Sequence record: PZ452596.1
DNA: 64,000 nt
Direction: 5' to 3' (one strand)
Origin: a phage
A program made the translations under genes and the position numbers. Shown here in pieces: positions 1-10,284 of the stretch (position 1 is the first letter of the stretch; each line of letters starts with the position of its first letter). The notes beneath the pieces were generated by a model. That model saw only the letters and a list, made by a program, of their open reading frames with translations, was not told the DNA's origin and made no database searches.

Positions 1-784
1 CATCATCCCATGTAATGAAGCCTTTATCTTCAAGTGGGTCTAAGATTTTACTCACATAAGTTTCACGATCATACTTATACGGAATCTCAGTGATATGCAT
101 TTGAGTTCGTGAAGTAAACTTATATGTTCCACGAATTTCATATTGGCCATCAATCTCAACGACTTCACCACGAAATTCTGGGAATTCTACCTTCGGTTTA
201 GTTACTTTCTTTCCTTGAAGAGCTTGTAATACAGCTTTCTTGACAGAAGAAACACTATGAGGAAGAATGTAAGTTGCATAACCAGTTGCAATACCGGAAA
301 CGCCATTAAGAAGAACAGTAGGAATAATAGGCAAATAGAAAGCAGGCGGAATATGTTCTTTATCTTGATGTACCGGAGCATATTCAGTATCTTTATATAC
401 GTTATAGAAATTTTTACTTACACGAGCAAAAATATAACGACTTGCCGCTGCCTTTTGGACAGTACGAGAACCAAAGTTTCCTTGACCGTCTAACAAAGGA
501 AAGTTATTATTCCAAGTATTAGCCATCAAAGCCCCCGCATCTTGTGCAGAGTTTTCACCATGATGATATCCAAGGTCAGCTACACCACCTGCAATAGAAG
601 CAAGTTTGTGAAACTTATCTTTATTTCCTCGCGCCAAATCAAGAGCTCGAGCAATAACAAATCGTTGAACTGGCTTAAATCCATCAATCATATTTGGAAT
701 AGCACGATTTTCAACCGTGTACATAGCATAAGCCAATGCTTCATTATCAATGATACTTTTTAAATCGCGATTATTCAGTTGCAT
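1..784 (-). CDS. 52: DNA topoisomerase II medium subunit (GyrA-like), N-terminal 261 codons; 3' end beyond window start
   Basis: ATG at 784; MQLNNRDLKSIIDNEALAYAMYTVENRAIPNMIDGFKPVQRF... (GyrA/ParC-type motif); frame open to window edge; T4-like position next to ac/ndd. Confidence 0.8.
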   Translation of the reverse strand, partial: MQLNNRDLKSIIDNEALAYAMYTVENRAIPNMIDGFKPVQRFVIARALDLARGNKDKFHKLASIAGGVADLGYHHGENSAQDAGALMANTWNNNFPLLDGQGNFGSRTVQKAAASRYIFARVSKNFYNVYKDTEYAPVHQDKEHIPPAFYLPIIPTVLLNGVSGIATGYATYILPHSVSSVKKAVLQALQGKKVTKPKVEFPEFRGEVVEIDGQYEIRGTYKFTSRTQMHITEIPYKYDRETYVSKILDPLEDKGFITWDD

Positions 785-921
785 AAATTTACCATACTAG
801 TGAATGTAGTGCCATAATAACATCAGAAATGAAAAGCACGACTTGAATTAATCCGAACATTACTCCATAATATAGTGCTACTAATAAAGTAGCAAGGGCT
901 AATGAATAGCCCAAGATTTTC

Positions 922-1080
922 TTAATCATTAGTAGATAACAACACAAATGTTAAATATGCACACATACCCTGAGCTAAAGCTTGCGAAAACACACTGCTG
1001 GCATCAATACAGATAGTTAAAACACATGCTACTATCCAACAAATAAATGAAATAACTCCTAATAATTTTGCAATATTCAT
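922..1080 (-). CDS. 52-aa hydrophobic membrane peptide, possible ac (acriflavine sensitivity) homolog
   Basis: ATG at 1080 preceded by GAGGAAAAT; MNIAKLLGVISFICWIVACVLTICIDASS...; not in ORF track (<60 aa). Confidence 0.45.
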   Translation of the reverse strand: MNIAKLLGVISFICWIVACVLTICIDASSVFSQALAQGMCAYLTFVLLSTND

Positions 1081-1167
1081 ATTTTCCTCACTGGCGTCCG
1101 AAGACGCCTTTAGTTTTAAGATTATTACGATAGAACTGCATCACGTGTTCGTTGTGGAAATTACTCA

Positions 1168-1626
1168 TTAATATGCCTGCAAAACGAATTTAAAATTATC
1201 AGCCAACATACGGTTCATTTCTTCAAGTGTTTGATACTCAGAATGATGATTACGAGTAAACGCTAAAGCTAACTGTCCTTTTCCAAATCCCGTCGTCAGA
1301 GGTTTCATCTTAGAAGCAGGCAGATAAAATACTGTGTATGGAACATTGTTATTTGCAATAGTACGTGCAAGCTGAGACCGACGTTGACGAATATGACTTA
1401 GAACTGCACTGAATCCTTGCTTAGAACGCTGATTACCTACATAAAATCGTGCTGACACACATGGATTACTAAATGGACGACCATCTAATTTACTTACTAA
1501 AAAGTAAAATCCAGGTTTAGATAAAATATCTTTATGCGGAGTTCCCAAAAACCACTCACCGCCCTTGATTGTACCAATAACAGTAGCGCCTGCATTATTC
1601 AGATCAGTAACAGTCATGTATTTCAT
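1168..1626 (-). CDS. ndd: Ndd nucleoid disruption protein (152 aa)
   Basis: Internal ATG at 1626 with GAGGAAATTAAT upstream; [13 protein letters not shown]...; size and position between denB and 52 as in T4. Confidence 0.7.
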
Positions 1627-1658
1627 ATTAATTTCCTCTAAATTATTTTCTACTCCAA

Positions 1659-1678
1659 GGCCGCATGAATACGCGGCC
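1659..1678 (-). other. GC-rich stem-loop (GGCCGC / GCGGCC, 8-nt loop) in ndd leader
   Basis: Perfect 6-bp inverted repeat just upstream of the ndd RBS. Confidence 0.4.
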
Positions 1679-1684
1679 ATTAAA

Positions 1685-1900
1685 TTAATCGTCGCAGTCG
1701 ACGCTCAATTCCCAAAACTCTTCTACAGTATAAGTTTCAGTATCATTTTCAATACAGAAACGTTCATTACTATTATTTGCTAAAGTAGCATTAACTGTCG
1801 GTTTCTCGCCAGTGCTCTTAAGAGGTGAAATACGAATTAACTGATCACCATTATCTAAACAAAAAATTTCACCAACTTTTACATCTTTAAAGATTTTCAT
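1685..1900 (-). CDS. hypothetical protein, 71 aa
   Basis: ATG at 1900 with GAGGTGAATT upstream. Confidence 0.55.
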   Translation of the reverse strand: MKIFKDVKVGEIFCLDNGDQLIRISPLKSTGEKPTVNATLANNSNERFCIENDTETYTVEEFWELSVDCDD

Positions 1901-1908
1901 AATTCACC

Positions 1909-2019
1909 TCAAGGAGTATAAAATCCAAATGCAGTTGTTGACCATCCCATCCAATACGGGAAATTTGCGCCAATGTAAAACATGAGAATATAAAACCAAC
2001 CACTCAGCAAATTCATCAT
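1909..2019 (-). CDS. 36-aa hydrophobic peptide
   Basis: MMNLLSGWFYILMFYIGANFPYWMGW...; overlaps stop of upstream ORF; below ORF-track size cutoff. Confidence 0.3.
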   Translation of the reverse strand: MMNLLSGWFYILMFYIGANFPYWMGWSTTAFGFYTP

Positions 2020-2213
2020 TTTACATCATTCCAAATTGTTTCAACTACAGATTTTAAGCCATTTTGATGAATGTCCATTCCGACAACTGCCATCAAATAG
2101 ATTCCAACTACAACTGAACCCAAGGCGAAAATCAGCATGAAAATGAATAAAGCCGGAAAAATATTATCGAAAAACCATTCAATAAATGTAAAAGCACTAC
2201 GTTTACGCTTCAT
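2016..2213 (-). CDS. small membrane protein, 65 aa
   Basis: ATG at 2213 preceded by GAGGAAAAT; track N-terminal extension is the RBS; one hydrophobic helix. Confidence 0.5.
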   Translation of the reverse strand: MKRKRSAFTFIEWFFDNIFPALFIFMLIFALGSVVVGIYLMAVVGMDIHQNGLKSVVETIWNDVK

Positions 2214-2220
2214 ATTTTCC

Positions 2221-2334
2221 TCACATAAATCCAAAATAAGCGTTTAATACATCAATCATTAAAACGATTGGGAATATACTCAAAACTATTAGTATTATAA
2301 CTACATTCCATATAGCTTTAACAATCTTTTTCAT
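2221..2334 (-). CDS. small membrane peptide, 37 aa
   Basis: ATG at 2334 preceded by GGAGGAACAGAAA and an early promoter cassette; MKKIVKAIWNVVIILIVLSIFPIVLMI... Confidence 0.4.
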   Translation of the reverse strand: MKKIVKAIWNVVIILIVLSIFPIVLMIDVLNAYFGFM

Positions 2335-2362
2335 TTTCTGTTCCTCCGTAGTTGATAGGGTA

Positions 2363-2392
2363 ATAATACCACAGAGGAACAGTCTTGTAAAC
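2363..2392 (-). promoter_or_regulatory. T4-type early promoter (GTTTAC -35, 17-nt spacer, TATTAT -10)
   Basis: Minus strand reads GTTTACaagactgttcctctgtggTATTAT; followed by GGAGGAAC leader and ATG. Confidence 0.55.
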
Positions 2393-2608
2393 AACTTTTT
2401 AAAAATATTCGTAATAAATGTGAATACCAATCACCACTGCCGAAACTTGTGCAACCCACCACGCACAAGCAATAAGTACAGAATTAAAAATTTTCATAAT
2501 AACCTCATCACAAAAGTAAATGTTAAACAAATTAATGGAATACTAATTAACCAAACAAAACACCACCATAATGAACTCATAGTTCAATCTCAACGATTTT
2601 CATTTTAC

Positions 2609-2815
2609 TCAATAATCCGCTAAAAGATCGACGATTGCATCACGAAGACACTTATTCGCAATACGTTTAAGAGCAATTTCAGTTTCTGGAGCATTTTGAA
2701 TAATCATTGAATTCAATTCAGCCTCAGCAAACTGAAGTTCTTTAACTAATTCAGCTTTATATTTTCCTTGCCCTTTCTTAGCTTTTGCTCGTTTTAATTC
2801 AGCTGTAGTAAACAT
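2609..2815 (-). CDS. hypothetical protein, 68 aa
   Basis: ATG at 2815 preceded by GGAGAATAAA leader shared with other cassettes. Confidence 0.55.
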   Translation of the reverse strand: MFTTAELKRAKAKKGQGKYKAELVKELQFAEAELNSMIIQNAPETEIALKRIANKCLRDAIVDLLADY

Positions 2816-2849
2816 TTTATTCTCCAAATCCGTATCAGTTGATAGTTGT

Positions 2850-2879
2850 ATATTACCACAGTCCTTGTGGTATGTAAAC
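2850..2879 (-). promoter_or_regulatory. T4-type early promoter
   Basis: GTTTACataccacaaggactgtggTAATAT; CCACA/TGTGG inverted repeat in spacer. Confidence 0.5.
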
Positions 2880-2899
2880 AGTTTTGTGAAAAAATTTTT

Positions 2900-3457
2900 T
2901 TAAATGGAAAGATACCATCCATTGTAGTTGCTTTTTCTTACAACCTTACGAAGGTCTTCTCTATCACCGATGAATTTCGGAGTGTACTGGATGACACCTG
3001 GATGAATTTCTTTAGTGTTGAATATAATTATACAGTCAGCGACTTGGTGATTCAGAATGGGCCCTAGATTTATTCCAGAACCGTATGGATACTCTCCGCT
3101 GCATCCGGTTGTTACCGAAATCCATCGTGAGTCAGTTTGATGTGTTTTGACTTCTACACGAAGCCCACAGTATTTTGGATGCGCCAATACATCCCATGCA
3201 TATGTATATGGGTCATTAACATCCTCTTGGCCTTTGTTAACATACCCGCTTAGCCAATCTGCTACAAAAAATTCTGCGTACACAGCGATACGGCATCTTT
3301 CGATAACTTCTGCCTTATCCTGATTTGGGTTTTGTTTTAAAGAGTATCTTGCAGTATCAGCAATTTTGACCTTCATTTCATTGGTTAAATCGCTGTTCGA
3401 TAGAGTAAATGTCGGAATCTGAAATAGTCTCTGTAGCCCCGGATTCGTTTTCTGCAT
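2900..3457 (-). CDS. denB: endonuclease IV (DenB), 185 aa
   Basis: ATG at 3457 with AAAGGAAAG RBS; 185 aa and position between rIIB and ndd as in T4. Confidence 0.7.
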   Translation of the reverse strand: MQKTNPGLQRLFQIPTFTLSNSDLTNEMKVKIADTARYSLKQNPNQDKAEVIERCRIAVYAEFFVADWLSGYVNKGQEDVNDPYTYAWDVLAHPKYCGLRVEVKTHQTDSRWISVTTGCSGEYPYGSGINLGPILNHQVADCIIIFNTKEIHPGVIQYTPKFIGDREDLRKVVRKSNYNGWYLSI

Positions 3458-3523
3458 TTAAACTTTCCTTTATGTCGGAATCACTGATATTCATATAATA
3501 AATCATAATTTCTCTTAAAACAA

Positions 3524-3539
3524 AAGGGCCGAAGCCCTT
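3524..3539 (-). terminator. UUCG-tetraloop hairpin (AAGGGC-UUCG-GCCCUU) followed by U-rich tract
   Basis: Palindrome aagggccgaagccctt; minus-strand RNA loop UUCG; UUUGUUUU follows. Confidence 0.5.
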
Positions 3540-3540
3540 A

Positions 3541-3735
3541 TTATTTGAATTGTGCAATTCTTTTCTCTAGACATTCAGCATAAGATTTCATTGAAATGAA
3601 CTGTGAAAGCAGCAGTTCTTGCTCAACTGCACTAACCGTTAGAAACTTTGCGCTTTCTAAAAATTTACTAAGCGCATTAATTTTGAGCATTAATTGATCG
3701 TATTCTTCTTTTACTCGTGCTTGATAACCTAACAT
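3541..3735 (-). CDS. hypothetical protein 64 aa (rIIB.1 position)
   Basis: ATG at 3735 with AAGGAAAA RBS; helical sequence. Confidence 0.55.
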   Translation of the reverse strand: MLGYQARVKEEYDQLMLKINALSKFLESAKFLTVSAVEQELLLSQFISMKSYAECLEKRIAQFK

Positions 3736-3748
3736 AATTTTCCTTAGT

Positions 3749-3766
3749 TAAGGGCCGAAGCCCTTA
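3749..3766 (-). other. UUCG-tetraloop hairpin at rIIB stop
   Basis: taagggccgaagccctta. Confidence 0.5.
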
Positions 3767-4702
3767 TTTAAATTGTTCAGTAACGTCTTCAACTACTTCG
3801 TATTGGCAGGTACGCATTTTAGCGTCGTTGTAATCAATCGGAATTGATACTACATCGCGAGGATGTACTTTAACTTTTACAACTCGGCTGGTTGAACTGC
3901 CAAAGTGACGAATATAAGATTTAGAACACACATGCAGACCGCGAGAACAAGTTTGTGTATCATCGTCATTCACACGAGTACGTGGCATTTTAACTACTTT
4001 ACCCGGACTGTTATCAAATGTGTTTGAGTGACAGTCAAAGTAATTGCTGCGAACTACTTTCCAAGCATAGAAGTAACCATCTTCTGTAATTTCAATATCG
4101 TTTGCTACCAAGAAATCAAAGAGTCGAGATACCGCTTTTTGGCTTGGGTTTTCCAGCAGATTTTCCAAGAACGGAAAATAAAATTCAAAGTTTTCGCCTT
4201 TTTCCATCGAGTCAAGAATACGATCAACTAAACCGGACCGCAATTCGATATTTTGATAGAACAAGCTTCCACCTTCAATTCGAACATCGCCGGAAATATA
4301 TTTTTCAACAGCGCGACGAACATTAATTTTTTGCACAGCTTCTTCCAGCTTATCCGCTACAAGCAGATTAAGAATTTCCTGGAAGTTTGAATGAGTATTA
4401 GGAGTTGCGTTATAAGTTACGCCATCAACAGTAATTGAAATGAATTTTTTAGATGCATTCCAAATAATGTCAGATTTAGCAACTGGAGCAATAACTGCAT
4501 CGCTATTAACTTTAACTGTAATATCACCGCTAATAGTAACTTTAGGGTGTTTAGCTTCTTCAGCATTTTTCAAAACACGACGGATTGTGTCAACCGATAC
4601 ACCTTGCCAATCAGCCAATTCCTGTTGGGTGTAATTACCACTTGAATACAGTTTAACAATTTCAGCTTGTTCATTTTTGGTCAGGCATTTAATATTGTAC
4701 AT
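3764..4702 (-). CDS. rIIB: rIIB protein, 312 aa
   Basis: MYNIKCLTKNEQAEIVKLYSSGNY...; 312 aa; immediately downstream of rIIA. Confidence 0.9.
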   Translation of the reverse strand: MYNIKCLTKNEQAEIVKLYSSGNYTQQELADWQGVSVDTIRRVLKNAEEAKHPKVTISGDITVKVNSDAVIAPVAKSDIIWNASKKFISITVDGVTYNATPNTHSNFQEILNLLVADKLEEAVQKINVRRAVEKYISGDVRIEGGSLFYQNIELRSGLVDRILDSMEKGENFEFYFPFLENLLENPSQKAVSRLFDFLVANDIEITEDGYFYAWKVVRSNYFDCHSNTFDNSPGKVVKMPRTRVNDDDTQTCSRGLHVCSKSYIRHFGSSTSRVVKVKVHPRDVVSIPIDYNDAKMRTCQYEVVEDVTEQFK

Positions 4703-4713
4703 AATTTTCCTTA

Positions 4714-6891
4714 TTAGGCCGCAAGGGCCTTCATAGTTTTAGCGATTTGGGAAACTTCATCATCACTTAAAGAGTTGCGATAACCGATGAAGTCGGAAAC
4801 AATACGGAATTTCTTGGTAAACTCAGCAACCATTTTATCACTGTTTTTTGAAGCATTATTTGATAATACATCAAAAAGATTAGTTACTGTCCAGATGTCA
4901 TGACCGATAGTATCTTTTCCACCATTAAAATATACACCCTGTAATGAACTAACCATATTAGCGAGTCGTGTATATTCTTCAGAAACTTCATCTACACTGA
5001 AGTACTTCATCATAAAATCTAGCTCAGGATACTTGATAATTTTATCAATATATCGTTTAGCTGAACTTGAATAACCTACATACTTATCATAATCTACATC
5101 ATCAAAAGCATCTACATATAAATCACGCAAAGCTTCAAAAATACATTGGCACTGACCGAGTTCTTTTACCTTTTTCTGTAAAAGCGGACGAATAACATAA
5201 AATTCATTAATGCCAATAAGATTAGCCATACGAATCAAAATATTCATAGATGGATGACAAAGAGATGTAGTACCATCCATAGAAAAAATATCAGAACGAT
5301 GCATATACGCTACATAACCAGTAATTTCATCTGCTTCTGACGTGAGCGTAAATAATTCCTCTTTTTCCCAGCGCCCGTCTTTAATTTCAAACTTAAATGC
5401 TGTAGCAGCTTTAGGACGAGGAGCTTTACTTTTAACTACCTTTGGAATATAGCTTTTAACTAAAGCTTCAATTTCTGACAAATAATGAATGTTAACTTCA
5501 TCACTTTCAAACATTGCCATAATATCAGGAAGCAAATCAATCTGCGATTCTACTTCTGGGTTAATAAACAGAAGACGCTCATTGTGATGAATATTCAAAG
5601 TGTTATTAAATTCACTATCATCTAACGCACGTGCTAATCCACGAACAATATTAACACGATTTTTAATATTATCAATAACGATATTAATTTTTGTTGTATT
5701 AATACCAAACAGACGATAACTTGATGCAACGGCTGAAGTTTCATGGCTTTGCTTAATACGTTTCAGCCGAGGGTCAAGATTTACTTCATACACAACCCCT
5801 GCATTACATAACTTACTATCAGGTTCAAACATGCTCTGCATCTTCTTATATGACAGATTTTTAGTCGTGAATTTGACTGAATTACTAATCATATAATCTC
5901 GAGCAGAATACCCCATCTTCATTAATTCGCGATATGTATGACGAGGAGATGTAGATTCTTTAAATCGTTTTACATCTTCATTAAATGCTTTCTCACTGAG
6001 TTCTTTAACTCGTTCAATAATATTTTTACGAGTACGATCATCCAGTGAAAGAGCCTCACGAGATGGAGCAATATCAAGTGAACCCATTGGGAACTTAATG
6101 TAATTCACTTCATTGCGAATGCTTAGCCAGTTACGGTCTCTAATAACACCATCGATAGGATAAACAATACCGCCATAGATAGCATATAATCCACCGCGAT
6201 CAGGCCAGTATCTTTCTGGATTTACGCCATAATAATCATCAAAATCCGGAAAATAATCAATTTCGCGGTCAAGACCATTAATGATAGCCAAATCTTTGAA
6301 CGGTCGCATGATATAAGAAACTTCATAAGCAAAGTTTCTAAAGTCTTTTTCTTCAACTGGAACTACGATTTCAATACCAGTTTTATCATCTGGACCCATT
6401 TCTTTTACGAATGTAGGTTTAATCTGTGGGCCATCACCATCCATATAAGCTACATAACCACGAATTTCACCTTTATGATACGAAGTAATACTAAACGTAT
6501 CAGTATAACTAAACGGAGATTTAGAACCTAAACCAAATCCGCCAATGAAATCGTTAGATTCAGCCTTAGATGAACTGAAGTATGAATTATACAGACCAGG
6601 AGAATTATCATCACCCTGAATATCAAAATCACTCATACCTGGACCAAAATCTCGGCAAACAAATCGTGGATCTAAACGTCCAGGAACTTGAATGATAAAT
6701 TTTTCAGGATTTCCATTGAGAGCATGGGCATCAATCATGTTGGTAATCAATTCACGGACTACTGCGCGAATTTTGTTTGTATACAAATCAGATGACAGAA
6801 TTTTAAATACTTTAGGAGATGCTGTGATGCTAAATGCTTTTGATTTAGAACCATTACCAAGAATTGTTTCTTTTTCAGTGGTGATAATCAT
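4714..6891 (-). CDS. rIIA: rIIA protein, 725 aa
   Basis: [20 protein letters not shown]...; 725 aa; GAGGAAATT RBS. Confidence 0.9.
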   Translation of the reverse strand: MIITTEKETILGNGSKSKAFSITASPKVFKILSSDLYTNKIRAVVRELITNMIDAHALNGNPEKFIIQVPGRLDPRFVCRDFGPGMSDFDIQGDDNSPGLYNSYFSSSKAESNDFIGGFGLGSKSPFSYTDTFSITSYHKGEIRGYVAYMDGDGPQIKPTFVKEMGPDDKTGIEIVVPVEEKDFRNFAYEVSYIMRPFKDLAIINGLDREIDYFPDFDDYYGVNPERYWPDRGGLYAIYGGIVYPIDGVIRDRNWLSIRNEVNYIKFPMGSLDIAPSREALSLDDRTRKNIIERVKELSEKAFNEDVKRFKESTSPRHTYRELMKMGYSARDYMISNSVKFTTKNLSYKKMQSMFEPDSKLCNAGVVYEVNLDPRLKRIKQSHETSAVASSYRLFGINTTKINIVIDNIKNRVNIVRGLARALDDSEFNNTLNIHHNERLLFINPEVESQIDLLPDIMAMFESDEVNIHYLSEIEALVKSYIPKVVKSKAPRPKAATAFKFEIKDGRWEKEELFTLTSEADEITGYVAYMHRSDIFSMDGTTSLCHPSMNILIRMANLIGINEFYVIRPLLQKKVKELGQCQCIFEALRDLYVDAFDDVDYDKYVGYSSSAKRYIDKIIKYPELDFMMKYFSVDEVSEEYTRLANMVSSLQGVYFNGGKDTIGHDIWTVTNLFDVLSNNASKNSDKMVAEFTKKFRIVSDFIGYRNSLSDDEVSQIAKTMKALAA
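4716..4730 (-). other. GC hairpin at rIIA/rIIB junction
   Basis: aggccgcaagggcct (5-bp stem). Confidence 0.4.
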
Positions 6892-6901
6892 AATTTCCTC
6901 A

Positions 6902-7105
6902 TTAATTCATATTACGCTTAATAACTTCAGCAACTTCTAGTAGTTCATCTTTAGTTGCGGTGTCGGATTGAATTTTATCTCTAATATCTTTAAAGCGGTT
7001 TTTAAATTCTTCGGCTTCTCCCATATCGAAAAAGCGTTGAATGATTCTATATTCTCGATAAACTGCTTTATCAAAAAGTTCTAAATTTACTCTATATGAT
7101 TTCAT
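6902..7105 (-). CDS. hypothetical protein 67 aa (rIIA.1 position)
   Basis: ATG at 7105 with GAGGATATTGAA upstream; early promoter directly upstream. Confidence 0.6.
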   Translation of the reverse strand: MKSYRVNLELFDKAVYREYRIIQRFFDMGEAEEFKNRFKDIRDKIQSDTATKDELLEVAEVIKRNMN

Positions 7106-7130
7106 TTCAATATCCTCATTTGCCCAATTA

Positions 7131-7160
7131 ATTATACCACATCCTTGTGGTAAAGTAAAC
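7131..7160 (-). promoter_or_regulatory. T4-type early promoter upstream of rIIA.1/rIIA
   Basis: GTTTACtttaccacaaggatgtggTATAAT; overlaps 3' end of gene 39. Confidence 0.55.
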
Positions 7161-8977
7161 TACTGGCTCATCCATTCTTTACGAAGGTCAGCATTATCTC
7201 CCATGAGCATTTCAAAAAGCTCTTTCCAGTTCTCAGGAAGTTTAACAACATCATATACTGGATTTTGAATCATCTCACGATATTCAGATTTTTCCAAAGA
7301 GCCAAGTCCCTTAATATAACGGATACTATGTTTAGGTAGAGCATCTTTAGCACTCTCATATTCAGCGACTGTATAAAACCATTCTTGTTTTTTACCGACC
7401 TGAGCGATGATTACAGGAGTTTTGACAAAGCGAATTCGTCCTTGCTCAAACAATTCTGGCCAATTACTAAAAAATCCGAGCAGAGAAGGATAAATGCTTC
7501 CTAAACCATCATGGTCAGCATCAGTCATAATAGCAATATTATGATAATTCAAGTTTTCAGCTTTTTCACCTAGAACTAAACCCGTGATTGCGCAAATATC
7601 AAACAGTTCTTTGTTTTTAAGCATATCAGCATATGACATACCCCAACTGTTGAGAACTTTACCACGCAATGGATAACCACCATGAAGTTCTTTATCACGA
7701 ACATCAATAAGATATCCGATAGCAGAATCACCCTCAGTCAAGAAAAGAGTAGTGTCAGCATCTTTACCACAAAGATTCGCTTTAATATGTTTATGAACCT
7801 TAGCTTTAGAAGCCTTTTTAGCTGCTTTAGTTTCTGCTGCTTTTTCTGCTGCCAATTTACGAGCTAATGCTGCTTCAATAATTGGCATCAAAATTGCTTC
7901 ATTATTTAGAATAGCGCGTGAAATCTTTTTAGCATCAAGTTGAATATGACTACGGATTTCACCAAATGGAGAAGTCAAACGCTCTTTAGTTTGAGAATCA
8001 AATCGCATGTTTTTCATATCACGAACAAACATAACGATAGTCAAACATTCTTTGACACGTGCTTTAGTTACATCAATTTTGAACTTACGTTTGATTTGTG
8101 GAATAAGGTCTTCACAAATATCATCCATAACACAGTCAATGTGATGGCCACCATTCTTAGTGTGAATGTTATTCACATAAGTTAATTGACGAAATCCATC
8201 CGGTGAACGACCAACCGCAATAGAACAATTTTCTTGTTCTTGAACAATAGCATGTTCATCATACTGTCGTGCATATTTCTTAAAATTGCCCTGAACCTTT
8301 TTACCATTAAAGGTAAATTGAATATCAGGATAAACAACAGCAAGTGTCTGGAGACGATCCAGTGTAATGTCAAGATAAACTTGGGACAGCTCATTAGTTT
8401 CAAATGACATAAAATCAGGAATGAAAGTAACACGAGTTCCTTTCCATTTTCCAGGAATATCTTCCCATGATTTATTTTCCATGCCATTTGAACAACGAAC
8501 TACAATATTATTTTGACCATCACCAGTTTCACCGACAAACATCACAGAAAAAATGTTTGTCAAACTAGAACCAACACCATTCATACCACCGGTGACGCGT
8601 TCTTTATCATCACCGAAGTTACCACCTGCTTTTGGAATAGTCCACGCAGCAACAGGACCAGGAATTTCTTCACCTGTAGGTGTTTTAACCATCGCCTGTG
8701 GAATACCGCGACCGTTATCTTCAACTGTTACCTGATTATTTTTAATAGTAACATTAATTTTATTTGCGAATTTAAACTTAGTACGAATACCTTCATCTAC
8801 TGAGTTATCAATAATTTCATCAATAAGCTTAACAAGACCAGGTACATACTGAACACTTTCCCATTTACCAAACAGAAAGCGCTCATGCATTTCATTAGCA
8901 GAAGAGCCAATATACATGCCGCTACGCTTTTTGATATGTTCAATATCGCTCAGAATTTTAATTTCATTCTTAATCAT
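7160..8977 (-). CDS. 39: DNA topoisomerase II large (ATPase, GyrB-like) subunit, uninterrupted 605-aa form
   Basis: ATG at 8977 with GAGGATAAGTG RBS (track start is GTG one codon upstream); MIKNEIKILSDIEHIKKRSGMYIGS...; single ORF with no separate gene 60. Confidence 0.9.
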   Translation of the reverse strand: MIKNEIKILSDIEHIKKRSGMYIGSSANEMHERFLFGKWESVQYVPGLVKLIDEIIDNSVDEGIRTKFKFANKINVTIKNNQVTVEDNGRGIPQAMVKTPTGEEIPGPVAAWTIPKAGGNFGDDKERVTGGMNGVGSSLTNIFSVMFVGETGDGQNNIVVRCSNGMENKSWEDIPGKWKGTRVTFIPDFMSFETNELSQVYLDITLDRLQTLAVVYPDIQFTFNGKKVQGNFKKYARQYDEHAIVQEQENCSIAVGRSPDGFRQLTYVNNIHTKNGGHHIDCVMDDICEDLIPQIKRKFKIDVTKARVKECLTIVMFVRDMKNMRFDSQTKERLTSPFGEIRSHIQLDAKKISRAILNNEAILMPIIEAALARKLAAEKAAETKAAKKASKAKVHKHIKANLCGKDADTTLFLTEGDSAIGYLIDVRDKELHGGYPLRGKVLNSWGMSYADMLKNKELFDICAITGLVLGEKAENLNYHNIAIMTDADHDGLGSIYPSLLGFFSNWPELFEQGRIRFVKTPVIIAQVGKKQEWFYTVAEYESAKDALPKHSIRYIKGLGSLEKSEYREMIQNPVYDVVKLPENWKELFEMLMGDNADLRKEWMSQ

Positions 8978-9004
8978 CACTTATCCTCGTTTGGTTTCGG
9001 GAAT

Positions 9005-9029
9005 ATTATACTCCGGTAATCATAAAGCT
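9005..9029 (-). promoter_or_regulatory. middle-type promoter upstream of gene 39 (MotA-box-like AGCTTTA, 12-nt spacer, TATAAT)
   Basis: tagCTTTAtgattaccggagTATAAT on minus strand, 28 nt before ATG. Confidence 0.45.
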
Positions 9030-9047
9030 AAAGGCCCGAAGGCCTTT
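9030..9047 (-). other. UUCG-tetraloop hairpin upstream of gene 39
   Basis: aaaggcccgaaggccttt. Confidence 0.5.
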
Positions 9048-9307
9048 TATTTAAAACGAATAGTTGAATCCTTAAAGAACAGCCCAGAACATACTGTTCC
9101 TTCTACTTTCTGCCCGGTAGGTCCAATAGCACGAAATCCAGTATGCTGGAAATCATTTTCAGAGCAACCGAACCAATTATATCCAGTGATTTCAATATTA
9201 GTAAAACCACTTGAAGACAAAACTTTGGTTGCATTATCAGCATCAGTACATCCTACTAAAGACACTACTAATACTAATGCTGCGATAGAACGATTAATAT
9301 ATTTCAT
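9047..9307 (-). CDS. putative lipoprotein, 86 aa
   Basis: Internal ATG at 9307; MKYINRSIAALVLVVSLVGC (signal peptide with lipobox). Confidence 0.55.
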   Translation of the reverse strand: MKYINRSIAALVLVVSLVGCTDADNATKVLSSSGFTNIEITGYNWFGCSENDFQHTGFRAIGPTGQKVEGTVCSGLFFKDSTIRFK

Positions 9308-9311
9308 AATT

Positions 9312-9683
9312 TCACTTAAATTTAATGGCTTGAAGAAGACTAATAACTCCCAAGCGACTTCTTTCATCTTTAACTGTAAAAGAAAGAGGGTCACCAGACT
9401 TCATAGTAATAGTGCATTCAAAATCAAAACCTTCGGGAACTTCTTCGAATAGGTCAAATTCTTCATCATAAATTAGAACACTACTTTGCAGACTGTGAAG
9501 AGTTTTTCCAGCATTTCCAGATGCTGTACCAATCATTGTAACATTATGACCTTTCATATCTTCAACGATAAATTCACTAGTCAATATTACAGCATTAATA
9601 GAACTATTCCTATTACTAGCAGAAAGTAGAAATTTCTGTTCTTCACCTTCGCGAATACGATATTTCTTACCCATTTTAAACAT
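9312..9683 (-). CDS. hypothetical protein, 123 aa
   Basis: ATG at 9683 with AAGGGATAATT RBS. Confidence 0.55.
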   Translation of the reverse strand: MFKMGKKYRIREGEEQKFLLSASNRNSSINAVILTSEFIVEDMKGHNVTMIGTASGNAGKTLHSLQSSVLIYDEEFDLFEEVPEGFDFECTITMKSGDPLSFTVKDERSRLGVISLLQAIKFK

Positions 9684-9685
9684 AA

Positions 9686-9862
9686 TTATCCCTTAAGTAA
9701 GTCGTAAAATCCGCCATTCACATGCTTAGGAGCAGAAGCCCGACGAGTAGACAAACGATGACATTTAGGGCAAACATCATTTTCTCGTTCAGAAATCTTT
9801 TTAATTTTTTCATATTCATGCCCGCAATCTTCAGATTGGCATTTATAATCATACATTGGCAT
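9686..9862 (-). CDS. small zinc-ribbon protein, 58 aa (CxxxxC...CxxC)
   Basis: MPMYDYKCQSEDCGHEYEKIKKISERENDVCPKCH...; below ORF-track cutoff; ends 3 nt before next gene. Confidence 0.45.
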   Translation of the reverse strand: MPMYDYKCQSEDCGHEYEKIKKISERENDVCPKCHRLSTRRASAPKHVNGGFYDLLKG

Positions 9863-9864
9863 AA

Positions 9865-10284
9865 TTATTCCTTAAAATGTGCTTTCAACATCTGATACAA
9901 GGACCATGCCTGTTCATTATTTTCAATAGTAACTTTCATTACCGGGAATTCTGTGAAATCTTCTATTTGTTCTTGCTCTTCCTGCTCTTGTTCTTTAGCA
10001 TCCTGATATGGATTTTCAACTTCATCAAAGAACCCAGCTTCGTTAGTAGAAAGCCAGATAAAGTTTTCGTCAAGGATATCACCATGTGTTGCATATCCAA
10101 CTGTGCCAGTAGATGTCACAATTTTAGTAGGACGACCAAGATGGTCAACATCTAAAATTTTAAAAGGATGCATACCTAAACGGCGTGCATAGATTCCGTT
10201 ATCAGTATGGTCTTTAATAAAATTTTCTTGAGCCTGTTTATTTTTAAATTGATACCATTTATTAACTTCAAATTTAATAGCCAT
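9865..10284 (-). CDS. hypothetical protein, 139 aa, acidic EQEQEEQEQ stretch
   Basis: ATG at 10284 with GGAAGGAAA upstream. Confidence 0.55.
   Translation of the reverse strand: MAIKFEVNKWYQFKNKQAQENFIKDHTDNGIYARRLGMHPFKILDVDHLGRPTKIVTSTGTVGYATHGDILDENFIWLSTNEAGFFDEVENPYQDAKEQEQEEQEQIEDFTEFPVMKVTIENNEQAWSLYQMLKAHFKE

Noticed and set aside
4028-4634. Several 60-75-aa plus-strand ORFs inside rIIB
   Set aside because: Fully embedded antisense in a conserved gene, with no RBS
8916-9452. 178-aa plus-strand ORF
   Set aside because: Lies antisense across two well-supported minus-strand genes, has no Shine-Dalgarno and a low-complexity translation; likely a chance open frame
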